Assembly: GCA_963827685.1 (NCBI GenBank)
Contig: CAWHBU010000002.1
Coordinates: 480,001 to 544,000, forward strand
From: an uncultured delta proteobacterium
GTDB lineage: Bacteria > Desulfobacterota > BSN033 > UBA1163
DNA length: 64,000 bases
Reading direction: 5' to 3'
Position numbers and translations under genes: made by a program
The notes under the pieces: generated by a model
Databases searched by the model: none
What the model saw: the letters and a program-made list of their open reading frames with translations, nothing else
Told to the model about the DNA's origin: nothing
Part shown: positions 9,590 to 18,359 of the stretch, in pieces
Layout of the letters: each line of letters begins with the position of its first letter
Numbering within the stretch: the stretch's first letter is position 1

Positions 9590-9632
9590 TTTCTGGCGAC
9601 CCAAACATTGTATTTTATAGACACTTTATTTC

Positions 9633-10820
9633 CTATAAATGAACTCCTTCCACCATCTTCAGTACGAAAAACTGTAGCTGGTTGCACAGGAAAGTTCCGA
9701 AGGCCTCAGAATCCTCCACCATATTACTCTTAACAAAATAAATCTTCAGGGTTTGAGGGTTGGTGGTATCGATAATCGCACCCTGATTTTTGTCGGCGAT
9801 GGCACCTATCTTTGACAATAAATCAAGGGCATACCGCCGTTGCTCGCTCGTTGGATTCTCTTGTTTGCGAAGCAGGTTGTTAACCATCATTACCAAAAGG
9901 CATACAAACTCGGAAAATGATTCCGTGTTTTTGGATTCCACACGTTGTTCAAGCAACCAGAGCAAGTTGTCCATACATACGAGCGTTCGCACGGCATCCG
10001 GCCAACGAACACGAGCACCACATTTCTCGCACAGCACATCATCAGATGTGCTCCAGACTTTTCTGTCCCCACATTCGGGGCATTTACGAACCATTGCCAT
10101 GTTTCGGATCTGCTTCTGTTCATCCTTGCGCAGTAGCTGATAGAGATAGTCCATATGCTCACGGTTTTTTGGAATACTCATAAACTTTTGAGCCATGGTT
10201 TCCAAATTCGCGACTACCTCCCGGGGCGAACGTCCTTTTGACACCTCGCGGGCGAGGGTGAGTAGGAGGGGCACGTCCAAATTGGTATTCTTGAGGAAGA
10301 ACGATCGGGCCATTTCATCCAGAGTACTTGGGGACCACTGGCAATGCGGACAAGGCATACTCACATAATTGATCAGCCTTCCGCAATTCTGGCAGCTATA
10401 GATTTGCGTGTATGCCGACGGCGCTGTCCCGTCTTCAAATTTCTTTTCGCTGCTAGGGCGCTCACGCTTTAGTTTTTGAAGTTCCCCTTGTAGAAGATGG
10501 CGTTGCTGTTCATCAATTTGAAATTCGCCACTGTTCAACAGCCGTTCCAGAATAACAATAGCGCGGTTTGTAATTACTGCCTTCTTGTAGAAATAGGCCA
10601 ACAGTAAATGTGCTTGAAGTGAGTTGGGATTCCGGTTGACATTAGCCTCTACTGCCCCCTCTGTTTCGACTAGCACCTGACGTGCCTCGTCCAGCCTCCC
10701 CAATTTCTGGAGGGATGATGCCTTTTCGAGCCGCTCGCTAACCTGTTTGAAAAGCATTTCTTCGTACAATAAGTCGGATAGGTTTTGCTGTTTCTTCTTT
10801 CCAAATAGACTAAAGACCAT
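9633..10820 (-). CDS. Hypothetical protein with TPR-like N-terminus and two zinc ribbons
   Basis: LGRLDEA/NPNSLQAHLLLA TPR-like segments; CQNC..CPHC and CPEC..CEKC. Confidence 0.65.
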   Translation of the reverse strand: MVFSLFGKKKQQNLSDLLYEEMLFKQVSERLEKASSLQKLGRLDEARQVLVETEGAVEANVNRNPNSLQAHLLLAYFYKKAVITNRAIVILERLLNSGEFQIDEQQRHLLQGELQKLKRERPSSEKKFEDGTAPSAYTQIYSCQNCGRLINYVSMPCPHCQWSPSTLDEMARSFFLKNTNLDVPLLLTLAREVSKGRSPREVVANLETMAQKFMSIPKNREHMDYLYQLLRKDEQKQIRNMAMVRKCPECGDRKVWSTSDDVLCEKCGARVRWPDAVRTLVCMDNLLWLLEQRVESKNTESFSEFVCLLVMMVNNLLRKQENPTSEQRRYALDLLSKIGAIADKNQGAIIDTTNPQTLKIYFVKSNMVEDSEAFGTFLCNQLQFFVLKMVEGVHL

Positions 10821-10844
10821 GATTCCTCCTTGGCTGGTTGATAT

Positions 10845-11720
10845 TTATCGAATATGTCTCAACAGTTCCTCATAGTTCTTGAGGCGATATTCAGTCAGTG
10901 GGTGAATACACTCTAGACAGAAACGCCCGAATGATAACGATCGATCCCTTAGAATGGTCTTTGCATTCTCGAAATACGAGCCAGTCACGATTTCTTCGAC
11001 TGGATCGATTAGGCCAAACCGAAAAGGGAGGACGCCTGTGTTCAACATAATTGCGATCATCCCCAATGAGTAAATATCGGCTTGCGGTGAAAGCGACCAC
11101 GATCCAGAAAATCGTTCAGGAGCCATGAAGATCAGGGTTCCAGCAGCGTAGGACGTGATCATCTCTTCCCGATTCACAAGCCCTTTACGGGCCTTGGTGT
11201 TTGCAAGCATTTGGTCGCCAGCCAATCGCGAAATGCCCCAGTCCGCGATCTGAACCTTCAAAGGTTTTTTAGATAGAATCAGCACATTTGATGGTTTCAA
11301 GTCTAGATGGAGAAGCGTCCAATGGCGATAAGCATAATCCAATCCGCTGATCAATTGGCGAAGAGTGGACAGTACCTCTTTTTCGCTCAAAGACCCGTGT
11401 TCCTTCAATAGGTCATGTAGACTTCCTTCAAGCATGGGCATGATCGCTGCAAGATGGAAGTCAAGTCGCCCAATCTTGAGCAGAGGCAGAATAGCGGGAT
11501 GGTCGAGGGTTACCCAGTGGTTCAGCTCCTGTTCGACAATTCGTTCGTCGTTTGCGAGGTCGAATGTTTTCACTGCAAGACCGGAGCGATAAATCCAGTC
11601 AAATCCCTCTACAGGATCCTTTTTGAGTAGCCAGACTCGACCCATACCGCCGTCTTTAGCGGAAATTACCTGGTAATAGTGACCATCAAGTAGCACTCGC
11701 TTCGTATGTGTGGTTTCCAA
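10845..11720 (-). CDS. Hanks-type Ser/Thr protein kinase (catalytic domain only)
   Basis: GGMGRVW, AVK, HLDLKPSNVL, IADWG, GT..FMAPE, DIYSLG. Confidence 0.92.
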   Translation of the reverse strand: METTHTKRVLLDGHYYQVISAKDGGMGRVWLLKKDPVEGFDWIYRSGLAVKTFDLANDERIVEQELNHWVTLDHPAILPLLKIGRLDFHLAAIMPMLEGSLHDLLKEHGSLSEKEVLSTLRQLISGLDYAYRHWTLLHLDLKPSNVLILSKKPLKVQIADWGISRLAGDQMLANTKARKGLVNREEMITSYAAGTLIFMAPERFSGSWSLSPQADIYSLGMIAIMLNTGVLPFRFGLIDPVEEIVTGSYFENAKTILRDRSLSFGRFCLECIHPLTEYRLKNYEELLRHIR

Positions 11721-11757
11721 TTGGGACCTCTCAAGGGAAGCAACAAGGGATTTCTAT

Positions 11758-12252
11758 TTAACGACTGAAAAATTTCTTCCCGAACATCATCCCTTTCGGA
11801 TTAACATCAGCAACAATGGTTATATTAAGAACCATTCTAAAATCTGATGCATTAATATCCCCAAAGTATGTTCGAGTATAAATTACAGCCTCCCTATTCC
11901 TTTCCCAAATTGAATAAATAGATCTAGATTTCTCATCTTTCAACTCTTTCGTAGACATCCCATAATCTTCTATTAAATTACGATATACCTTATTCCAAAG
12001 ACCGCTCTCGTCACGAGATTTGGCAAAAGTAGTAATGCAATCCGTTGCAAGACTGATTTTATAGATTTTATTCTCTGTCACACAAACCATCGTTTTCCAA
12101 TTTGCACCCAAATGTTCAACATCTTTTCCACGATATATTTTCTCATCCTCAAAAGCCTGTTCAAAAGTTCTATAATCGGGAACTGAAATTTCTGTTAGTT
12201 CATTCTCAACTTCCAAAACATTTTGCCCAATCTGATAATTTCCGAATTTCAT
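11758..12252 (-). CDS. Hypothetical protein
   Basis: 164-aa AT-rich ORF co-oriented with neighbours; no recognised motif. Confidence 0.6.
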   Translation of the reverse strand: MKFGNYQIGQNVLEVENELTEISVPDYRTFEQAFEDEKIYRGKDVEHLGANWKTMVCVTENKIYKISLATDCITTFAKSRDESGLWNKVYRNLIEDYGMSTKELKDEKSRSIYSIWERNREAVIYTRTYFGDINASDFRMVLNITIVADVNPKGMMFGKKFFSR

Positions 12253-12283
12253 TTTTTGCCTTCCACCCCCATGAGGTTCTCAT

Positions 12284-12805
12284 TTATGCCGATTTTAACC
12301 GTGATGGATACACCGTCGTCTTTACCCTTTGAACGATCTTTGCTAACTCCAAGAGCCCCATACTCTTTAAGGCATCTGTGTCGTCTAGAGACATCCCTAA
12401 TAGATTTTCAACCATCCTGCTTCGGCTAAGATTTAAAGCTTGAGCTAGGATATCCACCTTCTCAAGAATATCCCGATCAATTGTTATAGCTACTTTAATT
12501 CTGGCTTCCTTTCCGAAGCTCACCGAAAAAACCTCGTCCTCAGTAAACGTAACACTATCATCGCTCTTTAAATCTCCGACTCCCATCGCAGCAGGCTCAA
12601 ACCCCAGGACAGTACCGCTAAATGTACCATCAGCCTTCTTTAAAATATTCTTCACAAGAACAGATCGATCATTGTAGTGCAGGATCACTATATTCCCCTC
12701 CTCTACAGGAAGACCAATTTCTAACCGTTTCCCAGGTACGTAGCCGCTATGACCATAAATAATCCCCATCCCCTTTGGGCGCTTTATAAATTTCCACATT
12801 GTCAT
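12284..12805 (-). CDS. Hypothetical protein with C-terminal ribbon-helix-helix (CopG-like) domain
   Basis: KVAITIDRDILEKVDILAQALNLSRSRMVENLL; RBS GGAGG. Confidence 0.65.
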   Translation of the reverse strand: MTMWKFIKRPKGMGIIYGHSGYVPGKRLEIGLPVEEGNIVILHYNDRSVLVKNILKKADGTFSGTVLGFEPAAMGVGDLKSDDSVTFTEDEVFSVSFGKEARIKVAITIDRDILEKVDILAQALNLSRSRMVENLLGMSLDDTDALKSMGLLELAKIVQRVKTTVYPSRLKSA

Positions 12806-13055
12806 ACCTCCATAAACATACTTTAGATTACATACCTTATTCTACTATGTTCAAATTGAATTGTCAATGAAACCATTTGACTAAGCAAAGAAAATGCAAT
12901 TTGACAAACCCCCGGGCATTTGCCGCCTTGAAATTAAACCCTCCTGTCTTGTAACTAACTGTAAACACAGAGCTTTCTGATCTCTAAGGAGTTTTTAAAT
13001 CTAATGCACCTTGAGGGATTCATCCATAGCAGGTGGTGTCGCATGATCGCTTGAT

Positions 13056-13790
13056 TTATTTCCCTTCGTGGCTAATTTCTTCAAGGTATTTTGAGATTTC
13101 CTCGTGGGTGGGTTTTTTAACATTGGTAACGTAATAATCATGGAATAAAAGGTCACCCATCTTATTACATTCGGTTATACCTTCTTCTACAACCTCTCCG
13201 ACAGCTACGTCCATTGGAACTAATATTCCAATCATTGCATAAGTGGCTTCAAAGCTAATCTCTTCAATCTCAGACCTATATTTATGACTGATTGTTTCAA
13301 ATCCTCTTTTTAGGGTATTCCGATGAGTTTCTGAAAATGGGAGACTATTTTTCGAACTGACAATAAAGTAATATCTGAGCTTGTTGTCCTTCCCTCCCAG
13401 TCCTGTTGATATAAACCCACTTTCCTCCTGCAAAAGAACGCTTTCAAGGAAGGTTCTGCATTCCTTCAGAGATAATAAAGCCCAATCTCTCAAATTCCCT
13501 TCTGAAATCTTTAGATATTTTTCAAGTATTCTACACGACTCTGCAGTTCCAAGATGAGCCAAAAGGATTAATATCCTTTTCTTTAGTTCAATAGGGGTAT
13601 GCTTATCAAATAGTTTATCACTCTCCGTTAAGACTTCTTCATAATCGACATTGTCGAAGTCCATTGTTTCTGAGAAACTAAAATATTCCTGCTGTATGGA
13701 CAAATCGATCGGTTCGTCAATTAGGGCAAAGCTGTCCAAAACATCTTTAGAATTTTTGTGATTATCTTTATTTCTTTTCACGTCATTCAT
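13056..13790 (-). CDS. Hypothetical protein
   Basis: Long ORF; helical segment LILLAHLG..ES...LEKYL; STGLGGK. Confidence 0.65.
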   Translation of the reverse strand: MNDVKRNKDNHKNSKDVLDSFALIDEPIDLSIQQEYFSFSETMDFDNVDYEEVLTESDKLFDKHTPIELKKRILILLAHLGTAESCRILEKYLKISEGNLRDWALLSLKECRTFLESVLLQEESGFISTGLGGKDNKLRYYFIVSSKNSLPFSETHRNTLKRGFETISHKYRSEIEEISFEATYAMIGILVPMDVAVGEVVEEGITECNKMGDLLFHDYYVTNVKKPTHEEISKYLEEISHEGK

Positions 13791-13809
13791 AAGGGAGACC
13801 CACAATTAT

Positions 13810-13950
13810 TAGTCAGTCCATAATCGTATGGACACAGAAGACTAAATCCCTCCTCCCCTCCCTTTACAAAACGGATTCCCCTCTTTGGAAAAGAGGGGTT
13901 AGGGGAGATTTTCTGAAGAATATGTCTGCTCAATTATAGACCTCTTAGTT
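13810..13950. repeat. MITE-like palindromic element
   Basis: Imperfect terminal IR (gtccataat / attatagac); internal CCCCTCTTT-GGAA-AAGAGGGG hairpin. Confidence 0.5.
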
Positions 13951-14198
13951 ACTCGTTCATTGCTGAACTGGTTTCGGAAGCCCTGTACTACGAGTAAAAA
14001 TGTACGCCTTTTGGTAAAAACTGTCAAACATCAAAGAAAGTATATGATTTATCGGATAGGTTAAAGGAGGAGGAAAGTATCGGCATCAGAAAATCCCTCC
14101 TGACCCCCCTTTGCCTACCTGCGGCAGGTAGCTGCCAAAGGAGGGAAGGGGATCAGAAAATCCGCCTCTTGGGGTTTAGAAAGGAGGAGTAGGGTGTC

Positions 14199-14513
14199 CT
14201 ATCCGAGTCTCACCGGTTCTTTTGACAGTTTTTCTTCCCGCTCCTTTGCCTCCTTCTCCGTTTCCCATATGGAGATGACCGGGAAGAGTTTTGAGAAGAG
14301 GACGAAAGCCAGAGTGAACCCTGCACAAAGACCCGCCGTCATAGACTACTCCACCCAAGAAGGAGTGTAAGCACCCCGTGCGTATGGAAGACGGGGCTCG
14401 CTGAAGGAGGGGATGATAATGAGGAACCGCTCGAGCCACATCCCGATAATGATGCAAATGGAGGAAACCGTCAGTCCAGAGATGGTGCGCTTGAAAACCA
14501 ATATGGGAAAGGT
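14199..14513 (-). pseudogene. C-terminal fragment of NrfD/ActC-type membrane anchor with in-frame TAG
   Basis: Hand translation IIIGMWLERFLIIIPS..PRLPY..YTPSWVE*SMTAG...FSKLFPVISIWE; TAG at 14346-14348; no 5' part. Confidence 0.8.
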
Positions 14514-14622
14514 CAAAATTTATTTGACATTAACAAGAGATTGGATATTTAATAGTCTCATGTGGCAAGCAGTCTGTTGGCATTTGGATGGGGTTTGGTG
14601 GGAGTCCAAAACTCTAAGAAGA

Positions 14623-14684
14623 AAAGCCCTTGTAGTATTAGGCCTGCCTTCGGTAGGCGGAGAGATTCAGACTACAAGGGCTTT
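14623..14684. other. Strong intergenic hairpin
   Basis: AAAGCCCTTGTAGT / ACTACAAGGGCTTT perfect 14-bp stem with internal GCCTGCC-TTCG-GTAGGC hairpin. Confidence 0.7.
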
Positions 14685-14964
14685 CTTATTCTTTACTTAA
14701 AGTTAAAGTATATTATTAGTATTAATATCACATTCATTTGATATTATTTGCTAATAAATATTTCGACATCAAACCAAAATTGAGGACAAAGAGGAAGAAG
14801 AAAGAGAGGGCCGCGCCGCTTAATTCTCAGGCAGAGGTAAGTGGTATGGTATTTACATTTGGTGAGATCATTATCAAGGACTTCCTGTAGGGAGCACTTC
14901 CAAAGATTCCTAAAATTGAAATGTTATTAGGAGACTTATCAGAATCATTCACTAATGCTCTCCG

Positions 14965-15324
14965 TTAGTCCACTCCCCCCCTCTTTGGTGAATGGATAGG
15001 CTCCCTTTTGCTTCCGACCTTGTACCAATAACGACCTGTATTCTGTTCTCGAATTTTGTACTTACCTTTAATCGAAACAAACTCCCAGGGATGCTGAAGA
15101 TCATCATAGTATCCAACTGGCTTGGCATCAAAACCCGGCCTCTTTGACCTTTCTTGAAACCATACCAACCCGCAGTAAGTACATCTATATACGGTTTCTC
15201 CTTCTTTTTTGGGGGTCCGAACTCCCGGCGGGAGCCAGTTAGGTTTTTTTCTAATATGATATAATTTGCTTTTGCTCCCCCCAGTGCAGGTAGGTGAAGG
15301 ACAATGTGGTTCATACCGTTTCAT
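14965..15324 (-). CDS. Small basic Cys-containing hypothetical protein (possible zinc binder)
   Basis: CPSPTC...CTYC, Lys/Arg-rich. Confidence 0.5.
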   Translation of the reverse strand: MKRYEPHCPSPTCTGGSKSKLYHIRKKPNWLPPGVRTPKKEGETVYRCTYCGLVWFQERSKRPGFDAKPVGYYDDLQHPWEFVSIKGKYKIREQNTGRYWYKVGSKREPIHSPKRGGVD

Positions 15325-15711
15325 GCAAAGCATTGTTATTTTCTGACAAGAGGCAAATCACACAATAGAGATTTCAATGACTTAGGGAAGCTAATCATTC
15401 CTGCAATTCCTACCACACCCGGAAGAGTAATGGGTATAGATTTTCAAGATGCTTTTCACTCTTTCCCGCCTTATCTTCTCAGAGGCAATAACTGCTATTA
15501 AAGCAGGAATTAGAGAAATACGGTGTCTATATTAATCTCCAGACCATATACCCACTCACTGTGGGTTAGAGACTAATAGAGGATGGTTTTAGTCTCAATC
15601 AGGAGTGTATTAGATTTTGAACAGGGTGTCAATGGTGAAGGGAGGTGATTTCCTATCTGTCAAAGATTGGGTCATTGGTAATACAATATTTTTTAAAGGT
15701 TAATACCTTAT

Positions 15712-16284
15712 CTAAGTTACCTTTGGGATGAGTTTTTTACCCATCTCCCACGCCTGACCCACTTCCGCACCCAATGCGAGATATTTGCGCTCCGGTACGG
15801 AGAGTATGAGCGGAGCAATTTTCCGCAGATCGGGAAGCCCACCCGTAAGGTAGCGCTCGTCGCTGTACGATGCAATGATCTCCCCTATAAAGACTTCATC
15901 GGCCGGAAGGTCTATTGTTTGAACCACCTTACACTCGACATTAAAAGGACATTCCTTGATCATAGGTGCTGTTTTCAGCTTGCCATAGAATGTTTCGAAC
16001 ATCTTGGCCTTGTCGTATTTGTTTCCTGACACGATGCCGCAGTAATCAGTGACGTCGGCCATCGCCGCCGATGGAATGTTAACGCTGAAAGTGCCGTTCT
16101 CTTTGATACCGGGGTTTGTGTAATGTGCCTTGCCGAGCGCAATCATGATGTACGGCGGTTTGACGTTAACCGTGCTGAACCAGGCAACCGTAAGGTAATT
16201 GGGTTTGCCTCCTACGTTGACGCCGACCAACGAACAAGGCATCGGGTAACAGATGGTCTTAGCACTCAATTCAATCTTCTCCAT
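15712..16284 (-). CDS. Flavin reductase-like / flavoredoxin family protein
   Basis: YPMPCSLVG, FSVNIP, DYCGIVSG, APMIKECP, FIGEI. Confidence 0.9.
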   Translation of the reverse strand: MEKIELSAKTICYPMPCSLVGVNVGGKPNYLTVAWFSTVNVKPPYIMIALGKAHYTNPGIKENGTFSVNIPSAAMADVTDYCGIVSGNKYDKAKMFETFYGKLKTAPMIKECPFNVECKVVQTIDLPADEVFIGEIIASYSDERYLTGGLPDLRKIAPLILSVPERKYLALGAEVGQAWEMGKKLIPKVT

Positions 16285-16387
16285 GTTGGGGTCCTCCTTA
16301 AAAGTTATTATAGCACCATTTAGCCATCCCCCGAACCTCTTTTTTATTCAATTCCTGCTGCCATTGTGCTAACATAAATAGCTGAGG

Positions 16388-16538
16388 ATCCAGAATCGAG
16401 GAGTCAGAATTCAGAAGAAGAAGATGACTTACAACGGATTTTCAAGATTTATTTGTCTGGCAAGAGGCACATCAATTTCTGTCTTGACAGTTTATCGATG
16501 TTTCTATTCTGGATTCCGGCTCCTGACTCCTGAATTCT
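16388..16538 (+). pseudogene. Relic of four-helix-bundle (23S rRNA IVP-like) gene between inverted heptamer repeats
   Basis: FQDLFVWQEAHQF/VLTVYR with frameshift; flanks GGAGTCAGAATTCAGAA and TTCCGGCTCCTGACTCCTGAATTCT. Confidence 0.6.
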
Positions 16539-16540
16539 AA

Positions 16541-17350
16541 GTGGAGAAGATTTCATTGAATCTGCAAAGAGCACTGATTCAGATATGGGCCTTTGTGTTT
16601 AAGAATTGGATCATCGCGAAGCGGAATGTCTTCACCGTCTTCGAAATCCTCTTCTGGCCCGTTGTTGGATTTTTTTCCGTTGGGCTTTTGACAAGCTTTC
16701 TGGAGCTGGATTCCAACAAAACCGGATTCATTCTCATCGGTATCATTTCCATGAGTGTGATTCAGGTCTGTCAGATCGATGTGGCCTATGTCCTTCTCTA
16801 CGATCTCTGGTCAAAATCCCTCAAACATACTTTCATCGCCCCCGTCCAGTCTTTTCAATTAATTTTGGGCTCCTGGCTGATTGGTGTCATCCGATCCTTC
16901 TTCGTCTTTCTACTGCTTTCGGTTTTCAGCAGTCTTGCCTTCGGGTTCGACTTTTTAAGACCGGGCATCGGTCCTCTCGTCGTCTTTCTCTTGGGCCTTT
17001 TCCTCACCGCAGCGTCAGTCGGTATGAGCGTCTGTATTTTGGTCCTCCTTTTTGGATATATGGCGGATGTCGCAGCCTGGTCCTTGAGCAGCTTGATGGC
17101 CCTGGTCTGCGGAATATACTATCCTGTATTCATTCTTCCCTTTCCCCTGCCTGAAATAGCCCAGGCCATTCCGCTGACCTACTTTCTAGCATACTTTCGT
17201 TCCTTTTATGGATTTAACGAAGGGTTCAAAAACGTTTTAGGCTGGGGATTTGGTTTAGCGAGCCTTTACGTTGTCGTTGAAGCATTCCTTTTCAAAGCCG
17301 TACTTCAACGTGCCAGAAGGACAGGTGTGCTTATTAAGCTGTCAGAGTAA
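16541..17350 (+). CDS. ABC-2 type transporter permease (no adjacent ATPase)
   Basis: About 6 TM helices; CGIYYPV..LP, IAQAIPLTY. Confidence 0.85.
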   Translation: MEKISLNLQRALIQIWAFVFKNWIIAKRNVFTVFEILFWPVVGFFSVGLLTSFLELDSNKTGFILIGIISMSVIQVCQIDVAYVLLYDLWSKSLKHTFIAPVQSFQLILGSWLIGVIRSFFVFLLLSVFSSLAFGFDFLRPGIGPLVVFLLGLFLTAASVGMSVCILVLLFGYMADVAAWSLSSLMALVCGIYYPVFILPFPLPEIAQAIPLTYFLAYFRSFYGFNEGFKNVLGWGFGLASLYVVVEAFLFKAVLQRARRTGVLIKLSE

Positions 17351-17362
17351 CCCTTGTGATTT

Positions 17363-17455
17363 TGGATTGCGGATTGCGGATTTCGGATTGTTGCCCCGTA
17401 GTTTCGTGTATTCGATAAATTCGCTATGCGCCATGCGCTATGCACTTTGCGTTTT
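17363..17455. repeat. Heptamer tandem-repeat element, second copy
   Basis: gattgcggattgcggatttcggatt ... gctatgcgccatgcgctatgcactttgcg. Confidence 0.75.
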
Positions 17456-18249
17456 CACAGGGCTTCCCACATTCGTTTCAGCTTCTCTTTGCTGATCTTG
17501 AGGTAGTCCCTGTCCTTGGAGAAGACTTCGAGGGTAATGGTTTCATCGTATTTGGCCTCATTGAGTTCTCTCATAATCTTTTCGAAATCAATAATCCCAG
17601 CACCAATTGGCAAATGACTATCATCCTTTCCGAAGTTGTCATTGGCGTGGACGTGGCCGATTCGGTAACCATAAAGGCGGATAAACTCCGAAGATCTATT
17701 CTTCCCACCGCCAAGATTGGCATGGCCAATATCCAAAGTGAGCCGGATTTCCGGAAAGGTTTCGAAAACGGGCTGGAATTCATGAGGTTGGGAGAGAAAG
17801 TGGGCTTGAGGAAACATATTTTCAATGCAGAGGGTGATATTGAGGTTGACGGCCTTCTTCAAGATGGCTTCGAGAGATTCCATGGCGTATCCCTTGGCTT
17901 TATCCAGAAGGAATTTTCCTAAACCGGTGATGAACCCAGGGTGGAGCACGACTTTTTCAATTCCCAATTCTGCCGAAGCCTCCAGAGCTACAAAATTTTC
18001 TTGAAGGGAAGCCCTCCTTAGGCTTTCGTAGAGGTCTGAGGTCCAGACAAAGGTAGGGAGATGTGCGGTAATGCCCAGTCCATATTGATGAAGGACCTCC
18101 AGGATCGCCCGTTTTTGTGCCAATATTTTTTGAGGGATAGCTTCGGGAGGATCCATCGTCAGTTCCACATAATCGAAACCCATCTCCCCGATCTCTCCTA
18201 TCTCCCTTAAGAGAGGCTTTATCGGAAAATTCATCGCTCCGAATTTCAT
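17455..18249 (-). CDS. Sugar phosphate isomerase/epimerase (xylose isomerase-like TIM barrel)
   Basis: GFDYVE, VLHPG, IENM, TLDIGHA, HVHANDN.G..DSHLPIG.G. Confidence 0.88.
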   Translation of the reverse strand: MKFGAMNFPIKPLLREIGEIGEMGFDYVELTMDPPEAIPQKILAQKRAILEVLHQYGLGITAHLPTFVWTSDLYESLRRASLQENFVALEASAELGIEKVVLHPGFITGLGKFLLDKAKGYAMESLEAILKKAVNLNITLCIENMFPQAHFLSQPHEFQPVFETFPEIRLTLDIGHANLGGGKNRSSEFIRLYGYRIGHVHANDNFGKDDSHLPIGAGIIDFEKIMRELNEAKYDETITLEVFSKDRDYLKISKEKLKRMWEAL

Positions 18250-18281
18250 TGCACACCTCGTGACTGGTCAGTCCTAAGATC

Positions 18282-18339
18282 GTAGCACCCCCATTTACTG
18301 GGCGCGAGCTGTCTCGCCGGCAATAAATGCCGACGCTAC
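18282..18339. repeat. REP-like palindrome GTAGC...GCTAC
   Basis: gtagcacccccatttactggg ... gccggcaataaatgccgacgctac. Confidence 0.5.
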
Positions 18340-18359
18340 CTCTTTAAACTCCTAACCCC

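Noticed and set aside
11754-11762. GTTAAAT core site at the end of the 11758-12252 gene
   Set aside because: A 7-bp match with no accompanying attC stem; expected by chance.
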